The notes: generated by a model from the letters alone, not told the origin. 63,583 nucleotides of DNA, filler included, from Octopus bimaculoides (GCF_001194135.2; 7 parts of 6 records of this genome joined end to end with filler, not necessarily neighbours in it), one strand, 5' to 3'. Shown: positions 52,250 through 63,583, counted from the first letter of the whole stretch. Translations and numbers: made by a program.

Positions 52250-52620
52250 GGTTTGGATCATAGTTTTCCATGACATTCTTTTATACGCAGGTTCATATCT
52301 CTATATTTTTTCTATTGGCTTAGTTCCTCTCCTTGCATAAACTTCTGCAATTTGGTACTGGCAAACCTTTCCTCACATTTAATCACATCAGTAAGTTTCC
52401 AGATATGTGGATGACTCATATTCACTGTGTTTTTCAGCATGCTGTTGTAGGCTTCTAAACTATTTGTAGCACAAGCAATCCCCGTCATTCATCGATCCCA
52501 GACATTCCATATAGATAATGGAAATGGAGGTTCAAGGCATCGCCTCCTCTGTCCTCAGGTGGGTCTTATATAATTATTTTCAAAATAGGAGACAATTAAT
52601 TGTGGAACATCATCATCACC
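52250..52620 (-). mobile_element. MULE (Mutator-like) transposase C-terminal relic
   Basis: Reads YFENNYI...PPFPLSIWNVWDR...TNSLEAYN...HPHIWKL...EE, with stops. Confidence 0.8.
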
Positions 52621-54585
52621 TCTTTTACTTGTTTCAGTCATTTTGACTGNNNNNNNNNNNNNNNNNNNNNNNNNNNNNNNNNNNNNNNNNNNNNNNNNNN
52701 NNNNNNNNNNNNNNNNNNNNNNNNNNNNNNNNNNNNNNNNNNNNNNNNNNNNNNNNNNNNNNNNNNNNNNNNNNNNNNNNNNNNNNNNNNNNNNNNNNNN
52801 NNNNNNNNNNNNNNNNNNNNNNNNNNNNNNNNNNNNNNNNNNNNNNNNNNNNNNNNNNNNNNNNNNNNNNNNNNNNNNNNNNNNNNNNNNNNNNNNNNNN
52901 NNNNNNNNNNNNNNNNNNNNNNNNNNNNNNNNNNNNNNNNNNNNNNNNNNNNNNNNNNNNNNNNNNNNNNNNNNNNNNNNNNNNNNNNNNNNNNNNNNNN
53001 NNNNNNNNNNNNNNNNNNNNNNNNNNNNNNNNNNNNNNNNNNNNNNNNNNNNNNNNNNNNNNNNNNNNNNNNNNNNNNNNNNNNNNNNNNNNNNNNNNNN
53101 NNNNNNNNNNNNNNNNNNNNNNNNNNNNNNNNNNNNNNNNNNNNNNNNNNNNNNNNNNNNNNNNNNNNNNNNNNNNNNNNNNNNNNNNNNNNNNNNNNNN
53201 NNNNNNNNNNNNNNNNNNNNNNNNNNNNNNNNNNNNNNNNACATCTATTTGACTGTTTTTTGTTTTGTTTTGGTGACGAGGCACTAAGCTAGATCCTGAA
53301 AATTATGTGGCGGGGAAAAAACGGATCTTGTGAACTTTCTCACCCCTTCGGAAAAACATTTTCCCCACAAATTTCTTTATAATTGTAATCTATGCTGTTT
53401 GAAAGGTGTTTCTGTAAAATTTCATTGAAAGATATCCATTTTCTTGAAAGTTATGATGGGAAGAAAACAGATTGCGTGAATTTTCCGACAGTCCTCTCTC
53501 CACCCCTTCGGAAAGCATCCCCCACCCCCCAGAAATTTCTTTATAGTCATATTTTGTGCCATTTGAACAGTATTTCTATAAAATTTCACTAATACAACTA
53601 GTAGGTTGGTTTTTCTTTTTTCTTTGTTATCAGGTCTCAAACTGTATATTGACCTAATTTTCTTGATCGACCAAATTGATTTTTCCTTTCTCTGAAGTTA
53701 TGTTCCTGCAGGTAGTCATATTGATGGGTAGGCGTATTGAATAAATTTAATTCGATTTGCTTGAAAATCTTTGTTCGTAAACTGTTTAGCATAGATGAGA
53801 GAGAGAGAGAGAGAAGCGGAGTTAAAGAAAGTGGAGGGGAACCCATTTAAAACTGTTCAACGACAATTTTAATTCCAAAGTGATTGTTCTGGACTTTCCC
53901 TCGAAAATCACATTTAAGAGTATTTTGGGACGAATTGGCCAGCGACGAATTGACCAGGGAAAATTAATCGTCGACGAAATAACCAGGGAAGAATTGTCCT
54001 TGCACCATGAGCACAATGTGTGTGTGTGTGTGGGTATTCAGTGTAGATAGAACATTCACCAATAAACATACGTCTTCATTACTCTGAAGGATTATAAAAC
54101 AATCTCAGAACTGTCCTGTAGAGAACGTTGAGAAAAAGAGCTTAAAATTCAATATTGGAGTAAGACAACCCTACTGCAGCACCTATGACAACAAAAAACA
54201 AAATTCTTTAAGGACTTTCTGCACATCTGTACCTAGAAGAAAAAGAAGAAAGTCACCCATTGCGACAATAAAGACAACAATACTAAAGGTAATCTTTCTG
54301 AGAAACTATATCGAGACTTAAATTCCGTGAAAAATTTGAGAATTTCTGTGAAAAAGTTTTCCTTAACTTTTTCCCAGTTCAATTGCTTATTTATATGAAT
54401 TTTTGTTGTGTATGCATGTGTGTTACCAGTAAGACTTCCCCGCCCCCATTTTCTCCCGAATTTGTTTATTCTAAACATTTTTTTTGCCCCAAACCCCCGT
54501 TTTCGGATACAGAGGTTCCAAAAAATTACCAAAAATCGGCATTGTTACCCCCCACCCAATTCTTCAATTTTGATTTTCCCCAACA

Positions 54586-54648
54586 CTAACCCTAATCCTA
54601 ACCTTAAAACTCTAACCCTAACCCTAAAACCCTAACCGTAACCATAAC
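54586..54648. repeat. Degenerate (CCCTAA)n telomere-like tract; an opposite-strand tract lies at about 31660-31720
   Basis: ctaaccctaatcctaaccttaaaactctaaccctaaccctaaaaccctaaccgtaaccataac. Confidence 0.8.
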
Positions 54649-54839
54649 TACAGAAATGTTTTGAAATTTTTGTCCGAATCATAATGTCCGCATTTTCCTA
54701 CATATTTAGAAAAAAAATAGAAATAATACATTTCTAAATCTCTCAGAGAGATTTATGCAGTAGTGATGCAATAAAGTAGTTGTATGCTGTCAACTTAATG
54801 TGACAATCCCATGAAGGGAATAATACTACTGCTATTTAA

Positions 54840-55081
54840 CCCTAAGAAGCAGCACCGCTGCCTGTCGGCCTTGACACATTTCCTGTGTCCATATGTTGAC
54901 AAGGGGGAGACAAGCACCTCCAGACTGATGACAAGCTACTCCAGACTGATGACGAGCAAAGACTCAGAAACATGTCTCTGGATGCAGGCTTAGCTGGGTG
55001 GAGGTGCTTGTCTCCCCCTTGTAAACATAAGGACACAGGAAATGTGTCAAGGCCGACAGGAAGCGGTGCTGCTTCCTAGGG
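54840..55081. mobile_element. piggyBac-like MITE or foldback element containing the hammerhead
   Basis: Ends read TTAA|CCCTAAG and CTAGGG|CTAA. The inverted arms 54832-54922 and 54999-55089 are 86/91 complementary with no indels. Confidence 0.55.
54940..54982 (+). ncRNA. Minimal type I hammerhead ribozyme candidate at a hairpin apex
   Basis: TCCAGA (stem I) CTGATGA c GAG caaaga CTC a GAAAC AT GT C TCTGGA (stem I'). The core is intact, stem I is a perfect 6 bp, stem III is the palindrome ACATGT, the triplet is GUC (cut after 54976), and C-A replaces a pair at the base of stem II. Confidence 0.7.
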
Positions 55082-55085
55082 CTAA

Positions 55086-55202
55086 ATAGACTAAGAGTAA
55101 AAGACGTTTTATATGACACATTCTACCAGTGTCCCAAGTTTCAAAGTGTTTCGTTAGTGTTTTGTTAAGAAAATACTGGTGCCCCCGTTTTGAACTAGAT
55201 CC
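55086..55202. mobile_element. Isolated terminal arm of the same family as 31324-31955
   Basis: It is the reverse complement of 31324-31440 (…gtttcaaagtgtttcgttagtg…gcccccgttttgaactagatcc). Confidence 0.85.
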
Positions 55203-55350
55203 AAAAATGCCGATTTTTGCCAATATTTTTGCAGATTCGTATTCCCCGTAGCCGATAAGGGGGGTTTGTGGTGGAAAAAAAAAATTTAAGGGTGGGTTTT
55301 TTGGGGGGCGGGCGGAAGTCTTGCTGTGTTACTGTATGTATGTGTATACG

Positions 55351-55389
<39 letters not shown>

Positions 55390-56229
55390 TTTTTAACACA
55401 TATATACATGCATATAAACTCCGTATAGTAAAGTCGAAACAGAATGTCTCTCCTCGTATGTAATTATCGTTATTATTTGTAAAAGACCAACACAGGTAAA
55501 GCCTGGACAGTAATAAAGTCTTCTGTTGAATATTCACAGGTGTTGTCAGTTACATCTTCGTGCGGCCTCAGAAATACATTTTCATTCACCAATTCAGCTA
55601 GTCATCACCTCACAAGCTAAAAAATAACACAACAAACCCGCAAGCGACATGTTCATATAACAATTATAGTTAAGGCATCCACTTCCACAATGGCGTCTCA
55701 GACTTTGCAGTTCATCCGCATTGACAGCTGAACTCAAGCAACAAGCATACCATGCAACAACAATGTCAACGATTTTTCACGAGATGGCAATGTTTCCTTT
55801 ATTCGCCATGTTACTCAAAAAACATGTTTTCCTAGATTTTATGGCTGCTTTCTATATTCAATTATTTGACCAATTTTTAAGATACTTCCATTGCTCTCCA
55901 ACTTAGGAGGAATTTCAACCATGTTTCATGGTCTGCTACCACAACAGCTCCTTTATAGGATCCAGTTAGCTCAAGACATCATCAGGAGGAACCACGTCCG
56001 GTTTCGACCCCTACTCCTCTACCGTTTTGACGTGGCGGGGCCCCTCCTTTCGGAGGTGTCTTCAGCTCTGGTGTTGGGTGCATGTCTTCTTTCACTGTTT
56101 GTGACTGTTCTAATTCAACTGTGGAATGTCCTTCGCTATGGTTATTTTCCAGGAGGTTCTGGCCACACGTCTTACGGTTCATCAACCCGCGTTGTTGAAT
56201 TACTTTCTTCTGACATACCTTCCCTTGGT

Positions 56230-56329
56230 NNNNNNNNNNNNNNNNNNNNNNNNNNNNNNNNNNNNNNNNNNNNTTAATTAATTAANNNNNNNNNNNNNNN
56301 NNNNNNNNNNNNNNNNNNNNNNNNNNNNN
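56230..56329. other. Artificial scaffold spacer
   Basis: Same 44/12/44 layout. Confidence 0.97.
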
Positions 56330-56368
<39 letters not shown>

Positions 56369-56619
56369 GATTAGATTATCCAACGTATACTTTCAGTTTT
56401 GAGACTTCGGAGTGTCATTACGGGACTACAGGAAAATATTTGATTATCCTCATATCATTTCTAGCATGTGGAGTAACCACATGGACGCTCCCCTCTTGAA
56501 GTTTCAGCAATGTCTATCCATGTTGTATAGTAGTAGTAGTAGTAGTAGTAGTAGTAAAAACAGCAGCAGTTGCAGCTTCAGCAGAGTTAGCATCAATAAT
56601 AGAAACGGGAACAGTACCA

Positions 56620-56656
<37 letters not shown>

Positions 56657-56815
56657 CATTAACAGCAGCAACAGTTGTTATTGTTGTTGTTGACGATGTT
56701 GAGAGGTATATATTTAGAATATATTTCGCACCAATATGTACACAATACATCATGTATTAAGATGGCAAAAAAGAGGTGCTTCTCTGTTGACCTTAATATA
56801 ACTTCGTTCCTTATA

Positions 56816-56883
56816 GATTATTATTATCATTATTATTATTATTATTATTATTATCATTATTATTATCATTATTATTATTATTA

Positions 56884-56931
<48 letters not shown>

Positions 56932-56933
56932 CA

Positions 56934-56971
<38 letters not shown>

Positions 56972-56974
56972 TTT

Positions 56975-57040
<66 letters not shown>
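56816..57040. repeat. Compound (ATT)n/(ATC)n microsatellite
   Basis: Directly visible; it produces the spurious poly-Y/I/D/N ORFs. Confidence 0.97.
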
Positions 57041-57042
<2 letters not shown>

Positions 57043-57373
57043 GTTTGACACACATCAGTGTATAGGCGCGGTCTACATACACCTACACACACGTACGTGC
57101 ATGAAGATGCATGCACACATACATACATACATACATACATACATACGAACATACATACGCACTAGCACACAATTTCTTATAATTACTAACACATTGTATC
57201 TATATTTCATCATAGACGTTAGTGATGTGTGTATATATATATATANNNNNNNNNNNNNNNNNNNNNNNNNNNNNNNNNNNNNNNNNNNNNNNNNNNNNNN
57301 NNNNNNNNNNNNNNNNNNNNNNNNNNNNNNNNNNNNNNNNNNNNNGACGAGTACATTAAAATGGAGACAAAGG

Positions 57374-57405
<32 letters not shown>

Positions 57406-57661
57406 TACGTAAATGTGGAACGATGAAAATGCTCAACACTGCATTAGTGGATATAATTTCTTTATCTGTGAATTATGTCTACTATTGGTTTCATGTTAAG
57501 AAAAGTATGTAAATATCCTAGTCTCTTAATTTTTTAAGCCGATCACATGAAGAGAAGTATTCGTCTTCATTTTGGAAAACGCGCGTGTATGTGTGTGTGT
57601 GTATGCATACATATATATATGTATAAGCACACATACACACATACACGCACGCACAAACACA

Positions 57662-57693
<32 letters not shown>

Positions 57694-58295
57694 NNNNNNN
57701 NNNNNNNNNNNNNNNNNNNNNNNNNNNNNNNNNNNNNNNNNNNNNNNNNNNNNNNNNNNNNNNNNNNNNNNNNNNNNNNNNNNNNNNNNNNNNNNNNNNN
57801 NNNNNNNNNNNNNNNNNNNNNNNNNNNNNNNNNNNNNNNNNNNNNNNNNNNNNNNNNNNNNNNNNNNNNNNNNNNNNNNNNNNNNNNNNNNNNNNNNNNN
57901 NNNNNNNNNNNNNNNNNNNNNNNNNNNNNNNNNNNNNNNNNNNNNNNNNNNNNNNNNNNNNNNNNNNNNNNNNNNNNNNNNNNNNNNNNNNNNNNNNNNN
58001 NNNNNNNNNNNNNNNNNNNNNNNNNNNNNNNNNNNNNNNNNNNNNNNNNNNNNNNNNNNNNNNNNNNNNNNNNNNNNNNNNNNNNNNNNNNNNNNNNNNN
58101 NNNNNNNNNNNNNNNNNNNNNNNNNNNNNNNNNNNNNNNNNNNNNNNNNNNNNNNNNNNNNNNNNNNNNNNNNNNNNNNNNNNNNNNNNNNNNNNNNNNN
58201 NNNNNNNNNNNNNNNNNNNNNNNNNNNNNNNNNNNNNNNNNNNNNNNNNNNNNNNNNNNNNNNNNNNNNNNNNNNNNNNNNNNNNNNNNNNNNNN

Positions 58296-58330
<35 letters not shown>

Positions 58331-58414
58331 TATATGTGCATACACACATACATATATATATACATATATATGTATGCGTGTGCGCATGAACTATATATAT
58401 ATAGAGAGAGAGAG

Positions 58415-58645
58415 AGGCGAACTGGCAGAAGCGTTAGCACGCCGGGCGAAATACTTAGCGGTATTTCGTCTGCCGTTACGTTTTGAGTTCAATTTCCACC
58501 GAGGTCGACTTTGCCTTTCATCCTCTCGGGGTCGATGAAATAAGTACCACTTACGCACTGAGGTCGATGTAATCGACTTAATCCCTTTGTCTGTCCTTGT
58601 CTGTCCCCTCTATGTTTAGCCCCCTGTGGATAATAAAGAAATAAA
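58415..58645 (+). mobile_element. SINE family C, full copy
   Basis: Matches 27932-28170. Confidence 0.9.
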
Positions 58646-58690
58646 CATATATGTGTGTGTGTGTGTGTGTGTGTGTTTGTGCACGTATGT

Positions 58691-58941
58691 ATATCATTTA
58701 ATAATACACAAAGGATTTAAATGTGATCTACTATAACTTTCATGCCTCTTACAATACAGTGATCGGGTGAGCTTGTATAGCCTGACGTGTAATTTTAGGC
58801 ACTCATTCAGCCATGTTTTATGAGCCTGAATGAGTGCCTGAAAATACACATCAGGCTATATAAGATCGTCCGACCACTGCCTTAATAGAGGCATGAAACT
58901 TTGTAGCTCACATTGAAATCCTGTATTTATTAAATTGATAT
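58691..58941. repeat. About 250-bp palindrome (foldback; MITE or hairpin-RNA locus)
   Basis: The inner stem 58772-58810/58826-58864 has 35 Watson-Crick pairs, 2 G-U pairs and 2 mismatches. Pairing continues outward (tttcatgcctct/agaggcatgaaa; ggatttaaatgtga/tcacattgaaatcc). Confidence 0.85.
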
Positions 58942-59023
58942 TTATCTCACACTGAATGGAGTCCTTTTCTTGCTGATCGCATCGATAGTAGGACAGTATA
59001 CTGCATATATGTATGTGTGTGCG

Positions 59024-59055
<32 letters not shown>

Positions 59056-59394
59056 TGTATGTATGTATGTATGTATGCATGCATATATATATATATATAC
59101 ATACATACATAAATACATATTTATGTTTTTATGTATGTATCACTTAGCAACCACTAGGGTCATCGTTCCATCACAGTGCAAGGAAATTTCAGTCGGTGCG
59201 TTCACTTAGTTTTGCGTCAACAAATATGTTGTAAGTTGTAAGTTATAAACGAGAACAGCGCAGTTCACCCTATACTTATATATATATATGTAATTACGTG
59301 TATGCACGTAGGTTTGTAATTATGTATGTGTGTGAGTGCGAATGCACCGATATTAATTAATATATGATTAATTAACAGATTTTATAATAATTAT

Positions 59395-59547
<153 letters not shown>

Positions 59548-60360
59548 CGTATATGTGTGTGTATGCTTGAAAATATATAATATACACAAATATACATATT
59601 TGGTGACCTAATTTATTATAAGTTCGCAAACATCCAAATAAGAATAGAGCCGCAAGAAAAAAACATTTAAGAAATATATAAATAAAGATAAAGTATATAA
59701 AGATGGTCTATAAAAATAAAAACACTCACGTAACTGAAAACTAAACATGTAAGGCTTCAGTGTTTCATTCGAATTAAGGTAAGTAATAATATTAACTAGG
59801 TCTAGTAATTAAATTTAAACAAATTAAATTGAAATACATAAATGCCAGGACCATTGGAATACATTAAAGTCAGGATCATAATGTCATATCAGAATACGAA
59901 CTGACAGTTTTCTGAGCAAATTGATCTATGACACAAAAAAAGAGCGTTGTTACGTCATTCAGCTTATTAAGCAGTGTGACGTATTTTCATGTATTATCTC
60001 AGGGGATTCACTGTTGCACAAATGTCATGCAGAGCGACTATCCTGGTATGGTCTTCCAGTCTTAATTACAGACGAGATGTTATAGGAAATATTATTAGCC
60101 TTGAAGTGACGGATATAATTTACCATCGAAGTAAAAAAAAAAATATATATGATTAATATTAGAGCACAATCAAGTGCCATGTAGCGTCTCAGTACAGGAT
60201 CTTATGCATATTTTGGTCGAATTTTGGTGTCTAGTATAGACAGTGCACTTATAAGCGACATATCACAAATAATAATCATACAAGGGACACTTACTTAGAG
60301 ATCTACAATTACATTTCCTCTTATCATTGGTTAAGTTACCATTAGTACAATTATTATTAT

Positions 60361-60422
<62 letters not shown>

Positions 60423-60503
60423 NNNNNNNNNNNNNNNNNNNNNNNNNNNNNNNNNNNNNNNNNNNNNNNNNNNNNGTGGTGGTGGTGGTGATGGTGGTAG
60501 TGA

Positions 60504-60577
<74 letters not shown>

Positions 60578-61009
60578 TCGTTATCGTCAACATTATTATT
60601 ACTATTACGATTATTAGTATTTTGACTCCAATGACTATTAATATTAGCGTTTGTTTGATTGATATGCATTATAGCATTAACCAGTCACCGCATCTTCTGA
60701 GCAGCTGTAAGGGCTATCTTTATCTTTTAATATGAATATGTATATGTAACATCTCACATAAATGAATTCCTGCCATTTATGACTGTTTGTCCAGCTTCAA
60801 CTATGTATTCGCTATAGCTAAAACTTGTTCTACTCCACTACTTTATCTTGATTACAAAATTGGATCTTTAGAGTCTGACACGACTGAGCACTAATTCCGT
60901 GCTTATCATATTCTTCGATTTTCCTTTCGTCTTCTCAACCACTACATAAACACACACACGTGCGTGTGTGTGTGTGCGTGTGCGTGCGTGTGTATATATA
61001 TATATATAT

Positions 61010-61109
61010 NNNNNNNNNNNNNNNNNNNNNNNNNNNNNNNNNNNNNNNNNNNNTTAATTAATTAANNNNNNNNNNNNNNNNNNNNNNNNNNNNNNNNNNN
61101 NNNNNNNNN
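61010..61109. other. Artificial scaffold spacer
   Basis: Same 44/12/44 layout. Confidence 0.97.
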
Positions 61110-62376
61110 GGTAAATTGTTACCCTTTTATATTTTTCATTTCACACATGCGCATTATTTGCTTTTGATTTTGTCGACTACACAGTATAGGAGGGTCAGTT
61201 GGGCACCGTCTATGAGAAAAACAGCACCATGACGCTATTCACTAAGCTAGAAATTTGGAAACGATTTGCTGTACTGCTTGGCATTCGCGCTGGAAGCTCC
61301 AATACGAATATTTCAGAATATTGGGTGTAAATTTGAGGAGAGTGCAAAGGATTCGGAAAGAGTTGAATGAGTCTAGTGGTGATTACGAAGGTACAGCAGC
61401 TCGGAAAACTTACTCTGATCGTTCTGATAAGAAAAGAACTCCTGAATTTGTTGGTGAGATCCAGGCCATGATTGACAACGATCCCTCCAAGCCAGTCACG
61501 TCCATCACCAGGGACATGGGAGTGTCTGAATTTTTTATCAGACAGGTAGTGCATGAAGACATTTGGTATTCCTCATACCAGACGAGAAAGGGCCAATTTT
61601 TATCCCAAACCATCAAGGACAAGAAAGAAGACCACACTACGAAGCTTTTGAACAAATTCAAGCATCCCCTCCAACCGAAAATGCTTTGCTTTTTCTCAGA
61701 CGAGAAAAATTTCTGCCAGGATCAGATGGTGAGCACGCAGAACAATCGTTGGCTTGCTATATCCCTATATTGTGGACCAAGAGTAATGAAAATCAAACAT
61801 TCAGTCAACATCATGGTGTTTGGAGCGATCACTAGTGATGGCGACGTTATGCCTCCATTCATCTTCCCACACGGCTTCAGACTCAACACGGAGGCCTTCA
61901 TCAAGTGCCTGGAGGAGGTAGTGTTGCCCAGGGTGAAGAGAGTGGCTGCTGGAAGACCTTATGTCTGGCAACAGAACTCTACACCATGCCACACAAGCAG
62001 GAGTACTCGGTCATGACTGTCAGACAGTTTCTGCGACCACATCACCCCTAACATCTGGCCACCTAACTCCCCAGACTGGGGCACAGTTCAACGAGAGACC
62101 AACAAAATTCCTTGTAACACCAAAGATGAACTGAAGGCAAAGATTATGGCAGCATTCACCAGCTTAAACAAGGAGGCTGTCCAGAAGAGTTGCAGGAGAT
62201 TCCAAAGTCATCTGGAAGCCGTGGTTGAAGCCAATGGCGATTTTATTGAATAAATTTACTCTTTAGTATTTCAAGATATTTTTATGTAATTTTGGTAAAT
62301 ATATCTGTTAAAATGAGATGTCGGTGTTATTTTCATTTTTGCATAATTTAGACGACAATTTATTCACCGTACCCTG
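61110..62376 (+). mobile_element. maT (DD37D)-type Tc1/mariner transposon, nearly full length but inactivated
   Basis: Transposase runs 61255-62253 with FFSDEK, WQQ(N)S.PCH and WPPNSPD, one internal TGA and an in-frame deletion. The right TIR ends ...caccgtaccctg|TA. The left end is cut at the spacer. Confidence 0.88.
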
Positions 62377-62424
62377 TATGTATGTATGTATGTATGTATG
62401 TATGTATGTATGTATGTATGTATG

Positions 62425-62524
62425 NNNNNNNNNNNNNNNNNNNNNNNNNNNNNNNNNNNNNNNNNNNNTTAATTAATTAANNNNNNNNNNNNNNNNNNNN
62501 NNNNNNNNNNNNNNNNNNNNNNNN
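62425..62524. other. Artificial scaffold spacer
   Basis: Same 44/12/44 layout. Confidence 0.97.
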
Positions 62525-63583
62525 GCAGAGAGTGAAGGTTTCATATTGGCTGCTCAAGACCAAAGCTTATTACCAAGCCAATGTGATAAAAAATGGAGCT
62601 GACCCACAACTAAGTAACAAGAAGAAAACAAAAATACTGTACAAATAGAACATTACAGAAAAAGATTTACCCGAGGCAAAAGGAAAGCTAAAGCAAGATA
62701 TCCTGGCCAAAGCACAAAGGATCCGCCGGTATGGGAAACGCCAACGTTTCTTTGAACAAAACAAACAGTCCAAATCCAACCCCCAAAAATTCTACCATGA
62801 ACTGGGTAAAAATAAAATAGACATTACTGCAGCACCAACAGCAGTAGAAGTGGAAGAATTTTGGAAACAAATATGGTCGGTGAAGCAACAACCTCAGAAA
62901 AGGACTATTACAACAACGATTTTATCACCTGAGCAGCTCTGGACCCCTATAACAACTGAAGAGGTCACCCAGGCTCTGCAAAGACTAAGCAACTGGAAGG
63001 CACCTGGGCACGACAAGATCCCCAACTTCTGGTTAAAATATCTGACGGGAATGCACAGAAAGCTGGCTGAAAACATACTAGCAGAGCCAGAGACAATGCC
63101 TGAATGGCTCATGAAAGGGAAGACCATCTTAATTCCTAAATCCACGGAAACGGCAAAACCACAAAACTACATACCTATAACCTGTCTCCCTACAATCTAC
63201 AAAGCCTTTACTGCAATAATATCGCAGAGATTGAGTAGGCACCTGGAAGATGACCACCTGTTTCCAAAAGAGCAGAAAGGATGCTGCAAGGGCTCATACG
63301 GCTGTAAAGATCAATTAATGATCAATAAAGCCATAACTGAAGACAGCCGCAGAAAGAAGAAAGGCCTCGGTATGGCCTGGATCGACTACCGAAAGGCTTT
63401 TGACAGTATTTCCCACAAGTGGATCCTCGAAACACTAGCCATAAACAAGGTGGCACCAATTATTATAAAATACATAAGACACTCTATGAATAAATGGCAG
63501 ACAGTGCTACAGCTCCAAACAAAGGAGTGACTCGTGAAAACGAAAGCCATCCCCATTAGAAGAGGAATATCCCAGGGAGACAC
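62525..63583 (+). mobile_element. R4/Dong-type LINE, pre-RT and RT region, with premature stops; cut by the window end
   Basis: Motifs WKAPGHDKIPNFWLK, NYIPITCL, EQKGC, AWIDYRKAFDS and, past a TGA at 63528-63530, IRRGISQGD. Confidence 0.92.

Larger units (their letters stand above)
54422..55333. mobile_element. Old long-TIR element enclosing nested insertions
   Basis: 54422-54545 and 55203-55333 are diverged inverted copies (aagacttcc..cgcccc…aaaaatcggcatt). Confidence 0.55.

Noticed and set aside
54586-54648. Telomere or telomere-fusion scar
   Set aside because: The tract is short, degenerate and embedded in repeat elements on both strands, so it is better explained as element-internal.
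55905-56075. Minus-strand CTGAAGA/CTGATGA and GAAAC motifs suggesting two hammerheads
   Set aside because: Stem I and stem II cannot be formed in register (2 bp at most).
56412-57412. Low-complexity ORFs (poly-I/Y/D/N/S/T), and similar ones at 3972-4205, 59368-59629 and 60331-60669
   Set aside because: They are translations of microsatellites.
749-58440. Long ORF-track entries filled with X
   Set aside because: They are open only because N gaps contain no stop codons; they are not genes.

Overview
This is AT-rich, microsatellite- and gap-rich eukaryotic genomic DNA. The SINE/LINE repertoire points to an octopus-like cephalopod (inference). The window is not one contiguous locus: six identical 100-nt spacers (44 N + TTAATTAATTAA + 44 N) split it into seven blocks. 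Host genes: four GT-AG exons of an M1 aminopeptidase N-like gene on the + strand (82-7923, all missed by the ORF track) and a laminin alpha-3/5 (LanA)-like coding block on the - strand (40258-41311). Most other recognisable sequence is mobile-element debris: R4/Dong-type REL LINEs stacked in (TAA)n, RTE and CR1-group LINE pieces, a decayed Ty3/gypsy, a Penelope GIY-YIG fragment, mariner, Tc1, maT, hAT and MULE transposase relics, several MITE/foldback elements and several tRNA-derived SINE families. The most unusual signal is a set of hammerhead-ribozyme (HHR) folds read by eye. One sits at the apex of a 91-bp inverted repeat with piggyBac-like ends (54832-55089). Others are at 29418-29506, 48597-48684 and 46344-46380. 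All family assignments come from motif recognition; no searches or folding programs were run.
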